Positions 14,701-27,899 of a stretch of 64,000 bases of DNA are shown here, piece by piece. Numbering within the stretch: the stretch's first letter is position 1; each line of letters starts with the position of its first letter. A program made the position numbers and the translations under genes. This DNA comes from Bugula neritina (taxonomy: Eukaryota > Animalia > Bryozoa): assembly GCA_964035545.1 (NCBI GenBank), contig OZ037772.1, forward strand, positions 806,001 through 870,000, read 5' to 3'. Under the pieces are notes generated by a model. It made no database searches and had not been told where the DNA came from. It saw nothing but the letters and a program-made list of their open reading frames with translations.

Positions 14701-17700
14701 GAAATACACAGCAACACCTTGAATTACACTGTAACTCACTGAAATATACTGTAACTCACTGAAATATAGTGTAATATACGGAAATGTACTGTAACATACT
14801 GGAATATACTGCAACATACTGAAATACACTGTAACATACTGAAATATAGTGCAACATACTGAAATATACTGCAACATACCTAAATATATGGCAATATACT
14901 GAATTATGCTGTAACACATTGAAAAATACTACAACATACTGAAATACACTGCAACATATTTAAATACGCTGTAACATATTGAAATACACTGCAACACATT
15001 ATAATATACTGCAACACATCGAAATATACTGTAACTCACTGAAATATACTGTAACTCACTGAAATATAGTGTAATATACGGAAATGTACTGTAACATACT
15101 GGAATATACTGTAACATACTGACATATACTGCAACATACTGCAACATACTGAAGTACACTGTAACATGCTGAAATACACTGCAACATACTACAACATATT
15201 GAAAAACAGTGCAACACATTGAAATACACTGCAAAATACTGTAACACACTGAAATACACTGCGAAATAAGGTAACACACTGAAATATACTGCAACATACT
15301 GCAACATCCTGAAATACACTGTAACATACCTAAATAAACGTTGATATACTGAAAAAAACTGTAACACATTGAAAAATACTGCAAAATCCTGAAATACACT
15401 GCAACACACTGAAATACACTGCAAAACAATACAACATACTGAAATACACTGTAACATATTGAAATACACTGCAACACATTGAAATATACTGTAACTCACT
15501 GAAATATACTGTAACTCACTGAAAAATAGTGTAATATGCGGAAATATACTGTAACACACTCGAATATTCTGTAACACACTGAAATATACTGCAACATACT
15601 GAAATACAATGCAACACATTGAAACATATTGCTACGTACCGAAATATATGGTAAACTACTAAAATATACTGTAACACATTGGAAAATACTGCAACATATT
15701 GAAATATACTGCGACACATTGCAACATACTGTAACATACTGAAATATGCTGTAGCACACTGAAATACACTGCAACTCACTGAAATAAACTGCAAGATACT
15801 TAACTACACTGTGACATACTGAAATATACTACAACATACTGAAATACACTGCTACATACTGAAATATACTGCAACATACTGCAACATACTGAAATACACT
15901 GTAACATACTGAAATACACTGCAACGTACTACAACATATTGAGATACACCGCAACACATTGAAATACACTGCAAAATACTGTAACACACTGAAATATACT
16001 GCAACATACTGAAATACACTGTAACATACTGAAATATACTGCAACATACTGAAATACACTGCAACGTACTACAACATAGTGAGATACGCTGCAACACATA
16101 GAAATACACTGCAAAATACTGTAACACACTGAAATACACTGCAAAATACTGTAACACACTGAAATATACTGCAACATCCTGAAATACACTGTAACATACT
16201 GAAATACACTGCTACATACTGAAATATACTGCAACATACTGCAACATACTGAAGTACACTGTAACATACTGAACTATACTGCAACATACTACAACAAATT
16301 GAAATACACTGCAACACACTGCAATACACTGCAAAACAATACAACATACTGAAATACACTATAACATATTGAAATACACTGCAACACATTGAAATATACT
16401 GTAACTCACTGAAATATATTGTAACTCACTGAAATATAGTGTAATATACGGTAATATACTGTAACATACTCGAATATACTGTAACACACTGAAATATACT
16501 GCAACATACTGAAATACACTGCAACATACTGAAATATACTGCAACATACTGAAATATACTGCAACATACTGAAGTACACTGTAACATACTGAAATATACT
16601 GCAACATACTGCAACATACTGAAGTACACTGTAACATACTGAAATATACTGCAACATACTGCAACATACTGAAATACACTGTAACATACTGAAACACACT
16701 GCAACATACTACAACATATTGAAATACACTGCAACACATTGAAATATACTGCAACATACCTAAACATACGGTAAGATACTGAAAAAAACTGTAACACATT
16801 GAAAAATATTGCAACATATTGAAATACACTGCAACACACTGAAATACACTGCAAAATAATACAACATACTGACATACACTGTAACATATTGAAATACACT
16901 GCAAGACATTGAAATATACTGTAACATACTGAAATATACTGCGACACATTGCAATATACTGTAACATACTGAAATATGCTGTAGCACACTGAAATACACT
17001 GCAACTTCCTGAAATATACTGCAAAATACTGAAATACACTGCAAAATACTACAACATAATATGTTGTAACATATAGAAATATACTGCAATATAGTGCAAC
17101 ATACTGAAATACACTGTAACATATTGAAACACACTGCAACACATTGAATTGCACTGCAACATACTAAAATACGCTGTAACATATTGAAATACACTGCAAT
17201 GCATTGAAATCTACTGTAACTCACTGAAACATACTGTAACTCACTGAAACATAGTGTAATATACGGAAATGTACTGTAACATACTGGAATATACTGTAAC
17301 TCACTGAAATATACTGCAACATACTGAAATACACTGTAACATACTGAAATATACTGCAACATACTGCAATATACTGAAATACGCTGTAACATACTGAAAT
17401 ACACTGCAACATACTACAACGTCTTGAGATACACTGCAATACATTGAAATACACTGCAAAATACTGTAACACACTGAAATATACTGCAACATACTGAAAT
17501 ACACTGTAACATACTGAAATATACTGCAACACACTGCAACTTACTGAAATACACTGTAACATACTGAAATACACTGCAACATCCTACAACATACTGAAAT
17601 ACACTGTAACATATTAAAATATACTGCAACGTACTGCAACATACTGAAATACACTGTAACATACTGAAATACAGTGCAAAATACTACAACATATTGAAAT

Positions 17701-20700
17701 ACACTGCAACACCTTGAAATATACTGCAAATTACCTAAATATACGGTAATATACTGTAATTTACTGTAACACATTGAAAGAAACTACAACATACTGAAAT
17801 ACACTGCAACACACTGGAATACACCGGAAAATACTACAACATACTGAAATACACTGTAACATTGTGAAATACAATGCAACACATTGAAACATATTGCTAT
17901 GTACCGAAATATATGGTAAACTACGTAAATATACTGTAACACATTGAAAAATACTGCAACATATTGAAATATACTGCGACACATTGCAATATACTGTAAC
18001 AAACTGAAATATGCTGTAGCACACTGAAATACACTGCAACTCACTGAAATAAACTGCAACATACTTAACTACACTGTGACATACTGAAATATACTACAAC
18101 ATACTGAAATACACTGCTACATACTGAAATATACTGCAACATACTGCAACATACTGAAATACACTGTAACATACTGAAATATACTGCAACATACTGAAAT
18201 ACACTGCAACATACTACAACATATTGAGATACGCTGCAACACATTGAAATACACTGCAAAATACAGTAGCACACTGAAATACACTGCAAAATACTGTAAC
18301 ACACTGAAATATATTGCAACATACTGCAACATCCTGAAATACACTGTAACATACTGAAATATACTGCTACATACTGAAATATACTGCAACATACTGCAAC
18401 ATACTGAAAAACACTGTAACATACTGAACTACACTGCAACATACTACAACAAATTGAAATACACTGCAACACATTGAAATATACTGCAACATACTTAAAT
18501 ATACGGTAATATACTGAAAAAAACTGTAACACTTTGAAAAATACTGCAACTTACTGAAATACACTGGAATATAATACAACATACTGAAATTCACTGTAAC
18601 ATATTGAAATACACTGCAACACATTTAAATGTACTGCGACATACCAAAGTATATTGTAAACTGCGAAAATATACTGTGACACATTGAAAAATACTGCAAC
18701 ATACTGAAATATACTGCGACACATTGAAATATACTGCAACATACCAAAATATATGGTAAACTGCGAAAATATACTGTGACACATTGAAAAATACTGCAAA
18801 ATACTGAAATATACTGCGACACATTGCAATATACTGTAACATACCGAAATATGCTGTAGCACACTGAAATACACTGCAACATACTGAAATACACTGCAAC
18901 ACACTGAAATACACTGCAAAATAATACAACATACTAAAATACACTGTAACATATTGAAATACACTGCAACACATTGAAATATACTGCAACATACCATAAT
19001 ATATGGTAAACTGCAAAATAATACAACATACTGAAATACACTGTAACATATTGAAATACACTGCAACACATTGAAATATACTGCAACATACCAAAATATA
19101 TGGTAAACTGCGAAAATATACTGTGACACATTGAAAAATACTGCAACATACTGAAATATACTGCGACACATTGCAATATACTGTAACATACCGAAATATG
19201 CTGTAGCACACTGAAATACACTGCAACTCACTGAAATATACTGCAACATACTAAAATACACTGCAACATACTACAACATAGTGAGATACGCTGCAACACA
19301 TTGAAATACACTGCAAAATACTGTAACATACTGAAATACACTGCACAATACTGTAACACACTGAAATGTACTGCAACATACTGCAACATCCTGAAATACA
19401 CTGTAACATACTGAAATACACTGCTACATACTGAAATATACTGCAACATACTGCAACATACTGAAGTACACTGTAACATACTGAACTACACTGCAACATA
19501 CTACAACAAATTGAAATACACTGCAACACACTGCAATACACTGCAAAACAATACAACATACTGAAATACACTGTAACATATTGAAGTACACTGCAACACA
19601 TTGAAATATACTGTAACTCACTGAAATATACTGTAACTCACTGAAGTATAGTGTAATATACGGAAATATACTGTAACATACTCGAATATACTGTAACACA
19701 CTGAAATATACTGCAACATACTGAAATACACTGCAACATACTGAAATATACTGCAACATACTGAAGTACACTGTAACATACTGAAATATACTGCAACATA
19801 CTGTAACATACTGAAATACACTGTAACATACTGAAATACACTGTAACATACTGAAATATACTGCAACATACTGCAACATACTGAAATACGCTGTAACATA
19901 CTGAAATACACTGCAACATACTACAACGTATTGAGATACACTGCAATACATTGAAATACACTGCAAAATACTGTAACACACTGAAATATACTGCAACATA
20001 CTGAAATACACTGCAACATACTGAAATATACTGCAACATACTGAAATACACTGTAACCTACTAAAATATACTGCAACATACTGCAACATACTGAAATACA
20101 CTGTAACATACTGAAATACACTGCAAAATACTACAACATATTGAAATACACTGCAACACGTTGAATTACACTGCAACATACTGAAATCTGCTGTAACATA
20201 TCGAAATACACAGCAACACCTTGAATTACACTGTAACTCACTGAAATATACTGTAACTCACTGAAATATAGTGTAATATACGGAAATGTACTGTAACATA
20301 CTGGAATATACTGCAACATACTGAAATACACTGTAACATACTGAAATATAGTGCAACATACTGAAATATACTGCAACATACCTAAATATATGGCAATATA
20401 CTGAATTATACTGTAACACATTGAAAAATACTACAACATACTGAAATACACTGCAACATATTTAAATACGCTGTAACATATTGAAATACACTGCAACACA
20501 TTATAATATACTGCAACACATCGAAATATACTGTAACTCACTGAAATATACTGTAACTCACTGAAATATAGTGTAATATACGGAAATGTACTGTAACATA
20601 CTGGAATATACTGTAACATACTGACATATACTGCAACATACTGCAACATACTGAAGTACACTGTAACATGCTGAAATACACTGCAACATACTACAACATA

Positions 20701-23700
20701 TTGAAAAACAGTGCAACACATTGAAATACACTGCAAAATACTGTAACACACTGAAATACACTGCGAAATAAGGTAACACACTGAAATATACTGCAACATA
20801 CTGCAACATCCTGAAATACACTGTAACATACCTAAATAAACGTTAATATACTGAAAAAAACTGTAACACATTGAAAAAAACTGCAAAATCCTGAAATACA
20901 CTGCAACACACTGAAATACACTGCAAAACAATACAACATACTGAAATACACTGTAACATATTGAAATACACTGCAACACATTGAAATATACTGTAACTCA
21001 CTGAAATATACTGTAACTCACTGAAAAATAGTGTAATATGCGGAAATATACTGTAACATACTCGAATATTCTGTAACACACTGAAATATACTGCAACATA
21101 CTGAAATACAATGCAACACATTGAAACATATTGCTACGTACCGAAATATATGGTAAACTACTAAAATATACTGTAACACATTGGAAAATACTGCAACATA
21201 TTGAAATATACTGCGACACATTGCAACATACTGTAACATACTGAAATATGCTGTAGCACACTGAAATACACTGCAACTCACTGAAATAAACTGCAAGATA
21301 CTTAACTACACTGTGACATACTGAAATATACTACAACATACTGAAATACACTGCTACATACTGAAATACACTGTAACATACTGAAATACACTGCAACGTA
21401 CTACAACATAGTGAGATACGCTGCAACACATAGAAATACACTGCAAAATACTGTAGCACACTGAAATACACTGCAAAACACTGTAACACACTGAAATATA
21501 CTGCAACATCCTGAAATACACTGTAACATACTGAAATACACTGCTACATACTGAAATATACTGCAACATACTGCAACATACTGAAGTACACTGTAACATA
21601 CTGAACTATACTGCAACATACTACAACAAATTGAAATACACTGCAACACACTGCAATACACTGCAAAACAATACAACATACTGAAATACACTATAACATA
21701 TTGAAATACACTGCAACACATTGAAATATACTGTAACTCACTGAAATATACTGTAACTCACTGAAATATAGTGTGATATACGGAAATATACTGTAACATA
21801 CTCGAATATACTGTAACACACTGAAATATACTGCAACATACTGAAATACACTGCAACATACTGAAATATACTGCAATATACTGAAGTACACTGTAACATA
21901 CTGAAATACACTGCAACATACTGCAACATACTGAAATACACTGTAACATACTGAAACACACTGCAACATACTACAACATATTGAAATACACTGCAACACA
22001 TTGAAATATACTGCAACATACCTAAACATACGGTAAGATACTGAAAAAAACTGTAACACATTGAAAAATATTGCAACATATTGAAATACACTGCAACACA
22101 CTGAAATACACTGCAAAATAATACAACATACTGACATACACTGTAACATATTGAAATACACTGCAACACATTGAAATATACTGTAACATACTGAAATATA
22201 CTGCGACACATTGCAATATACTGTAACATACTGAAATATGCTGTAGCACACTGAAATACACTGCAACTTCCTGAAATATACTGCAAAATACTGAAATACA
22301 CTGCAAAATACTACAACATAATATGTTGTAACATATAGAAATATACTGCAACATAGTGCAACATACTGAAATACACTGTAACATATTGAAACACACTGCA
22401 AGACATTGAATTGCACTGCAACATACTAAAATACGCTGTAACATATTGAAATACACTGCAATGCATTGAAATCTACTGTAACTCACTGAAACATACTGTA
22501 ACTCACTGAAACATAGTGTAATATACGGAAATGTACTGTAACATACTGGAATATACTGTAACACACTGAAATATACTGCAACATACTGAAATACACTGTA
22601 ACATACTGAAATATACTGCAACATACTGCAATATACTGAAATACGCTGTAACATACTGAAATACACTGCAACATACTACAACGTATTGAGATACACTGCA
22701 ATACATTGAAATACACTGCAAAATACTGTAACACACTGAAATATACTGCAACATACTGAAATACACTGTAACATACTGAAATATACTGCAACACACTGCA
22801 ACTTACTGAAATACACTGTAACATACTGAAATACACTGCAACATCCTACAACATACTGAAATACACTGTAACATATTAAAATATACTGCAACGTACTGCA
22901 ACATACTGAAATACACTGTAACATACTGAAATACAGTGCAAAATACTACAACATATTGAAATACACTGCAACACCTTGAAATATACTGCAAATTACCTAA
23001 ATATACGGTAATATACTGTAATTTACTGTAACACATTGAAAGAAACTACAACATACTGAAATACACTGCAACACACTGAAATACACCGGAAAATACTACA
23101 ACATACTGAAATACACTGTAACATTGTGAAATACAATGCAACACATTGAAACATATTGCTATGTACCGAAATATATGGTAAACTACGTAAATATACTGTA
23201 ACACATTGAAAAATACTGCAACATATTGAAATATACTGCGACACATTGCAATATACTGTAACAAACTGAAATATGCTGTAGCACACTGAAATACACTGCA
23301 ACTCACTGAAATAAACTGCAACATACTTAACTACACTGTGACATACTGAAATATACTACAACATACTGAAATACACTGCTACATACTGAAATATACTGCA
23401 ACATACTGCAACATACTGAAATACACTGTAACATACTGAAATATACTGCAACATACTGAAATACACTGCAACATACTACAACATATTGAGATACGCTGCA
23501 ACACATTGAAATACACTGCAAAATACAGTAGCACACTGAAATACACTGCAAAATACTGTAACACACTGAAATATATTGCAACATACTGCAACATCCTGAA
23601 ATACACTGTAACATACTGAAATATACTGCTACATACTGAAATATACTGCAACATACTGCAACATACTGAAAAACACTGTAACATACTGAACTACACTGCA

Positions 23701-25262
23701 ACATACTACAACAAATTGAAATACACTGCAACACATTGAAATATACTGCAACATACTTAAATATACGGTAATATACTGAAAAAAACTGTAACACTTTGAA
23801 AAATACTGCAACTTACTGAAATACACTGGAATATAATACAACATACTGAAATTCACTGTAACATATTGAAATACACTGCAACACATTTAAATGTACTGCG
23901 ACATACCAAAGTATATTGTAAATTGCGAAAATATACTGTGACACATTGAAAAATACTGCAACATACTGAAATATACTGCGACACATTGAAATATACTGCA
24001 ACATACCAAAATATATGGTAAACTGCAAAAATATACTGTGACACATTGAAAAATACTGCAAAATACTGAAATATACTGCGACACATTGCAATATACTGTA
24101 ACATACCGAAATATGCTGTAGCACACTGAAATACACTGCAACATACTGAAATACACTGCAACACACTGAAATACACTGCAAAATAATACAACATACTGAA
24201 ATACACTGTAACATATTGAAATACACTGCAACACATTGAAATATACTGCAACATACCAAAATATATGGTAAACTGCAAAATAATACAACATACTGAAATA
24301 CACTGTAACATATTGAAATACACTGCGACACATTGAAATATACTGCAACATACCAAAATATATGGTAAACTGCGAAAATATACTGTGACACATTGAAAAA
24401 TACTGCAACATACTGAAATATACTGCGACACATTGCAATATACTGTAACATACCGAAATATGCTGTAGCACACTGAAATACACTGCAACTCACTGAAATA
24501 TACTGCAACATACTAAAATACACTGCAACATACTACAACATAGTGAGATACGCTGCAACACATTGAAATACACTGCAAAATACTGTAACAGACTGAAATA
24601 CACTGCAAAATACTGTAACACACTGAAATATACTGCAACATACTGCAACATCCTGAAATACACTGTAACATACTGAAATACACTGCTACATACTGAAATA
24701 TACTGCAACATACTGCAACATACTGAAGTACACTGTAACATACTGAACTACACTGCAACATACTACAACAAATTGAAATACACTGCAGCACACTGCAATA
24801 CACTGCAAAACAATACAACATACTGAAATACACTGTAACATATTGAAGTACACTGCAACACATTGAAATATACTGTAACTCACTGAAATATACTGTAACT
24901 CACTGAAATATAGTGTAATATACGGAAATATACTGTAACATACTCGAATATACTGTAACACACTGAAATATACTGCAACATACTGAAATACACTGCAACA
25001 TACTGAAATATACTGCAACATACTGAAGTACACTGTAACATACTGAAATATACTGCAACATACTGTAACATACTGAAATACACTGTAACATACTGAAATA
25101 CACTGCAAAATACTACAACATATTGAAATACACTGCAACACGTTGAATTACACTGCAACATACTGAAATCTGCTGTAACATATCGAAATACACAGCAACA
25201 CCTTGAATTACACTGTAACTCACTGAAATATGCTGTAACTCACTGAAATATAGTGTAATATA
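5759..25262. repeat. ~19.5 kb satellite, 10-bp monomer (AYACTG(A/C/T)AA(C/T)-like, commonly a 20-bp dimer ATACTGAAAT-ACACTGYAAC) with higher-order duplications
   Basis: Continuous 10-bp register visible in the columns. Near-identical translated blocks recur at offsets 1227, 3104/3084 and 5262/5502. Confidence 0.98.
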
Positions 25263-25350
25263 CAGTGTAGGTATGTAGTGTAAGTATACTGCGTAGGCAC
25301 ACAGTGTAAGTATACAGTGTAGGTATGTAGTGTAAGTATACTGTGTAATT
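25262..25350. repeat. Short degenerate AGTGTA(A/G)GTAT repeat at the satellite edge
   Basis: TACAGTGTAGGTATGTAGTGTAAGTATACT occurs twice. Confidence 0.7.
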
Positions 25351-26219
25351 ATCAGAGCAAGTAATTAAGTAGAAATATCGGTGTAGCTATCTAAGAGTTA
25401 TGAATCACCTTAAAATAACTATTTGCGGGTAAAAAAAAAATTCAAAGTGAAATTCAAAGCCAATATATCAACTGTAACATACAATATAATATAATATTCA
25501 ATATAACATAAAATATAATACTTGATATAATGTTAAATTTGAAATGTTATATACGGTATGTATTATATAACATAATGTTTAATATATTGAAAAAGAAGAG
25601 AATAACCTCTAGACTCCCTGACACACTTCACTTATGTGGTAATAAAATATTCTCATATACATACTAGTTTTCATTTACATACTCACTCCATAATCTCTGA
25701 GCACAGGCTTGTCGCTCTGCATTCAGATAAGCTTTGATCTGAACAGACAACTCTTAATCTACAGAGAAAATTTAATATTTGTGACACAGAATAATATAAA
25801 AATATAATCCTGCAGCATCCTGTTTCACAGAAATCTCATGGTTTTGTATTTAGGAATGAGCAAAGTACAAATGGAGGAGTCTAAGCTACTCATTTACTTT
25901 GATATAACACATTGAATAAAACACAATAATTCTCATCACAGATTGTAAGCTAATAATTATGGTTTTCATACAAAATTAATTTGTCAGCAACTTCTTCTAG
26001 TTTGTAAAAAGCAATAGCTTTTACTAAATTTACTACTAAACTGTTGATCTAAATACGGAATGGAAAATTCAACATCCCGTAGCAAACAAATCATAAAGAA
26101 ATACAAATATTTTGCAGGAAAAAATTGCATTTATACTTTCAAAGTTTTCAGTCAGAAATTCAATTTGATCGAGCTAAAATTTCTTCAAGTTGCATTGCAT
26201 TTTAAAAGAATAGTAAGTG

Positions 26220-26607
26220 TGATCACAGCTAAACTAATATGTGTCATCACAACTAGAATAGTATGAGTCATCACAACTAGAATAGTATGAGTCATCACAA
26301 CTAGAATAGTATGAGTCACCACAACTAGAATAGTATGAGTCACCACAACTAGAATAGTATGAGTCATCACAACTAGAATAGTCTGAGTCATCACAACTAG
26401 AATAATATGAGTCATCACAACTAGAATAGTATGAGTCATCACAACTAGAATAGTATGAGTCATCACAACTAGAATAGTATGAGTCACCACAACTAGAAGA
26501 GTATGAGTCATCACAACTAGAATAGTATGAGTCATCACAACTAGAATAGTATGAGTCACCACAACTAGAAGAGTATGAGTCATCACAACTAGAAGAGTAT
26601 GAGTCAT
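26220..26607. repeat. 24-bp minisatellite GAGTCATCACAACTAGAATAGTAT, ~16 copies
   Basis: Direct tandem copies; explains the THTILVVM ORF. Confidence 0.97.
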
Positions 26608-27038
26608 AGACCTACCTGCTTTTCTGCTTTTCACCAGCCGGGTGTCTCCCAGCATAGAAGAAGTGGTTGATATTGTCAGGGTAGCTGCACGGTTTATCTC
26701 TGCATTTCTTGTATGTATGCTTCTTCATCAAACGTCTTACATGGACCAAACTCAAACACTTGGTTTACTGTAACACAATATACTAGAACATGCTAGAATA
26801 TACTATACTAAGGTATGCTATACTATACTAAGAACACACTAGAATATACTAAGTAATTGTAAACATTTGGTTCACTGTAACATAATATAAAAATATAATA
26901 GTTGCCGACAGACAGACATTGCATAGTTTGTTAAGTCCTACTAATCAAACTGTAAATTTTTACCGGAAACAGTGTTAGAAGGTACATAGTATATTAGGTG
27001 TTCACCTGTATATAGTACTATATGTATATAGCGTTTTG

Positions 27039-27695
27039 TATTTTTTTCAAACTGCTACAAATGCTCATAAAGAAACAAGCAATACAAGTTGCTAATATAC
27101 TGCGTATACCAGCTTCGTGCTACTTTACCTGAGCATTCTATTCTATTGAATGTTTATTTTCTGCAAAGGTCAGAAATGGCTATATATCTATCAATTTTAG
27201 TAACATTTCAACCAACTTTTTAGGCAAACAAACTAATAACAGTGATCAGGGTGCAATAATTAGGTGGCCCATTGTGCCCTGGTCAGCGTGGCCCATTGTG
27301 CCCCGTGTGGCCAAATTGAAAATAAATGTGCCTCAAGGAAAATTTATTTCAGTATTTGCTGTTATACTAGTTAAGCAATGTAGAGACAAACAATGGCAGC
27401 AATATTAGTAAAATCTAGGCTTCTTGCCTTTGAGTGTGAAAAGTTATAAAGCCTTGACGACAATCTAAAAAATTTACAAAAAGTAAGTAAAAACAGTTTT
27501 TTACTCGCCTTTTCAACATGTATGTTCCACAAGTGTTGAAACTACAAAGACTGAATATTTATGTCACTATTTTTTTCAAACTGCTGCAAATGCTTATAAA
27601 GAAACAAGCAATACAAGCTGCTAATATAATGTGTATACCAGCTTTATGCTACTTTACCTGAGCCTTCTATGCTATTGAATGTTTATTTTCTGCAA
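27039..27695 (+). repeat. ~128-bp direct repeat pair (27039-27166, 27568-27695) flanking a MITE-like remnant
   Basis: TATTTTTTTCAAACTGCT...TTTATTTTCTGCAA occurs twice. The interior has TGGCCCATTGTGCCC twice and a segment matching the reverse complement of the 31.9 kb MITE interior. Confidence 0.8.
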
Positions 27696-27899
27696 TATTT
27701 CTAGCTGTTATAGCTTTGAGTTTAACATTTCTATGGTGTTTGTGATACAAGTTTCATTTGTTAATAAAGGTGTGCATTCTTTGGCTGAAATGTGGTTTAT
27801 TTAGCTAGACTGATCCTAGTGACTTCCAATATTACTATATTTATGATGCTGCTATTGTAGTAAACTGAATGGTGAAGACGTGACTAGGGAAAGAGACAG

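Larger units (their letters stand above)
4828..26767 (-). pseudogene. Putative spliced gene remnant of unknown product; candidate exons 26616-26767, 25687-25758, 5723-5752, 4828-4871
   Basis: AG/GT-bounded segments join in compatible phases to give NQVFEFGPCKTFDEEAY/KKCRDKPCSYPDNINHFFYAGRHPAGEKQKSRLRVVCSDQSLSECRATSLCSEIMDLIKVILLLNHLHESPCKRLIMLMR. A 4-bp ATAC duplication frameshifts the first exon. The last two exons are short and weaker. Confidence 0.45.

Noticed and set aside
5719-25161. Over 100 Cys/Tyr/Val-rich minus-strand ORFs
   Set aside because: Translation of the 10-bp satellite; they overlap in all three frames because that strand rarely contains stops.
5759-25262. CRISPR-like or variable-cassette array
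   Set aside because: No constant repeat with unique spacers and no cas genes; variation is point substitution among monomers in a eukaryotic context.
26185-26655. 156-aa THTILVVM repeat protein
   Set aside because: In-frame read-through of a 24-bp minisatellite.
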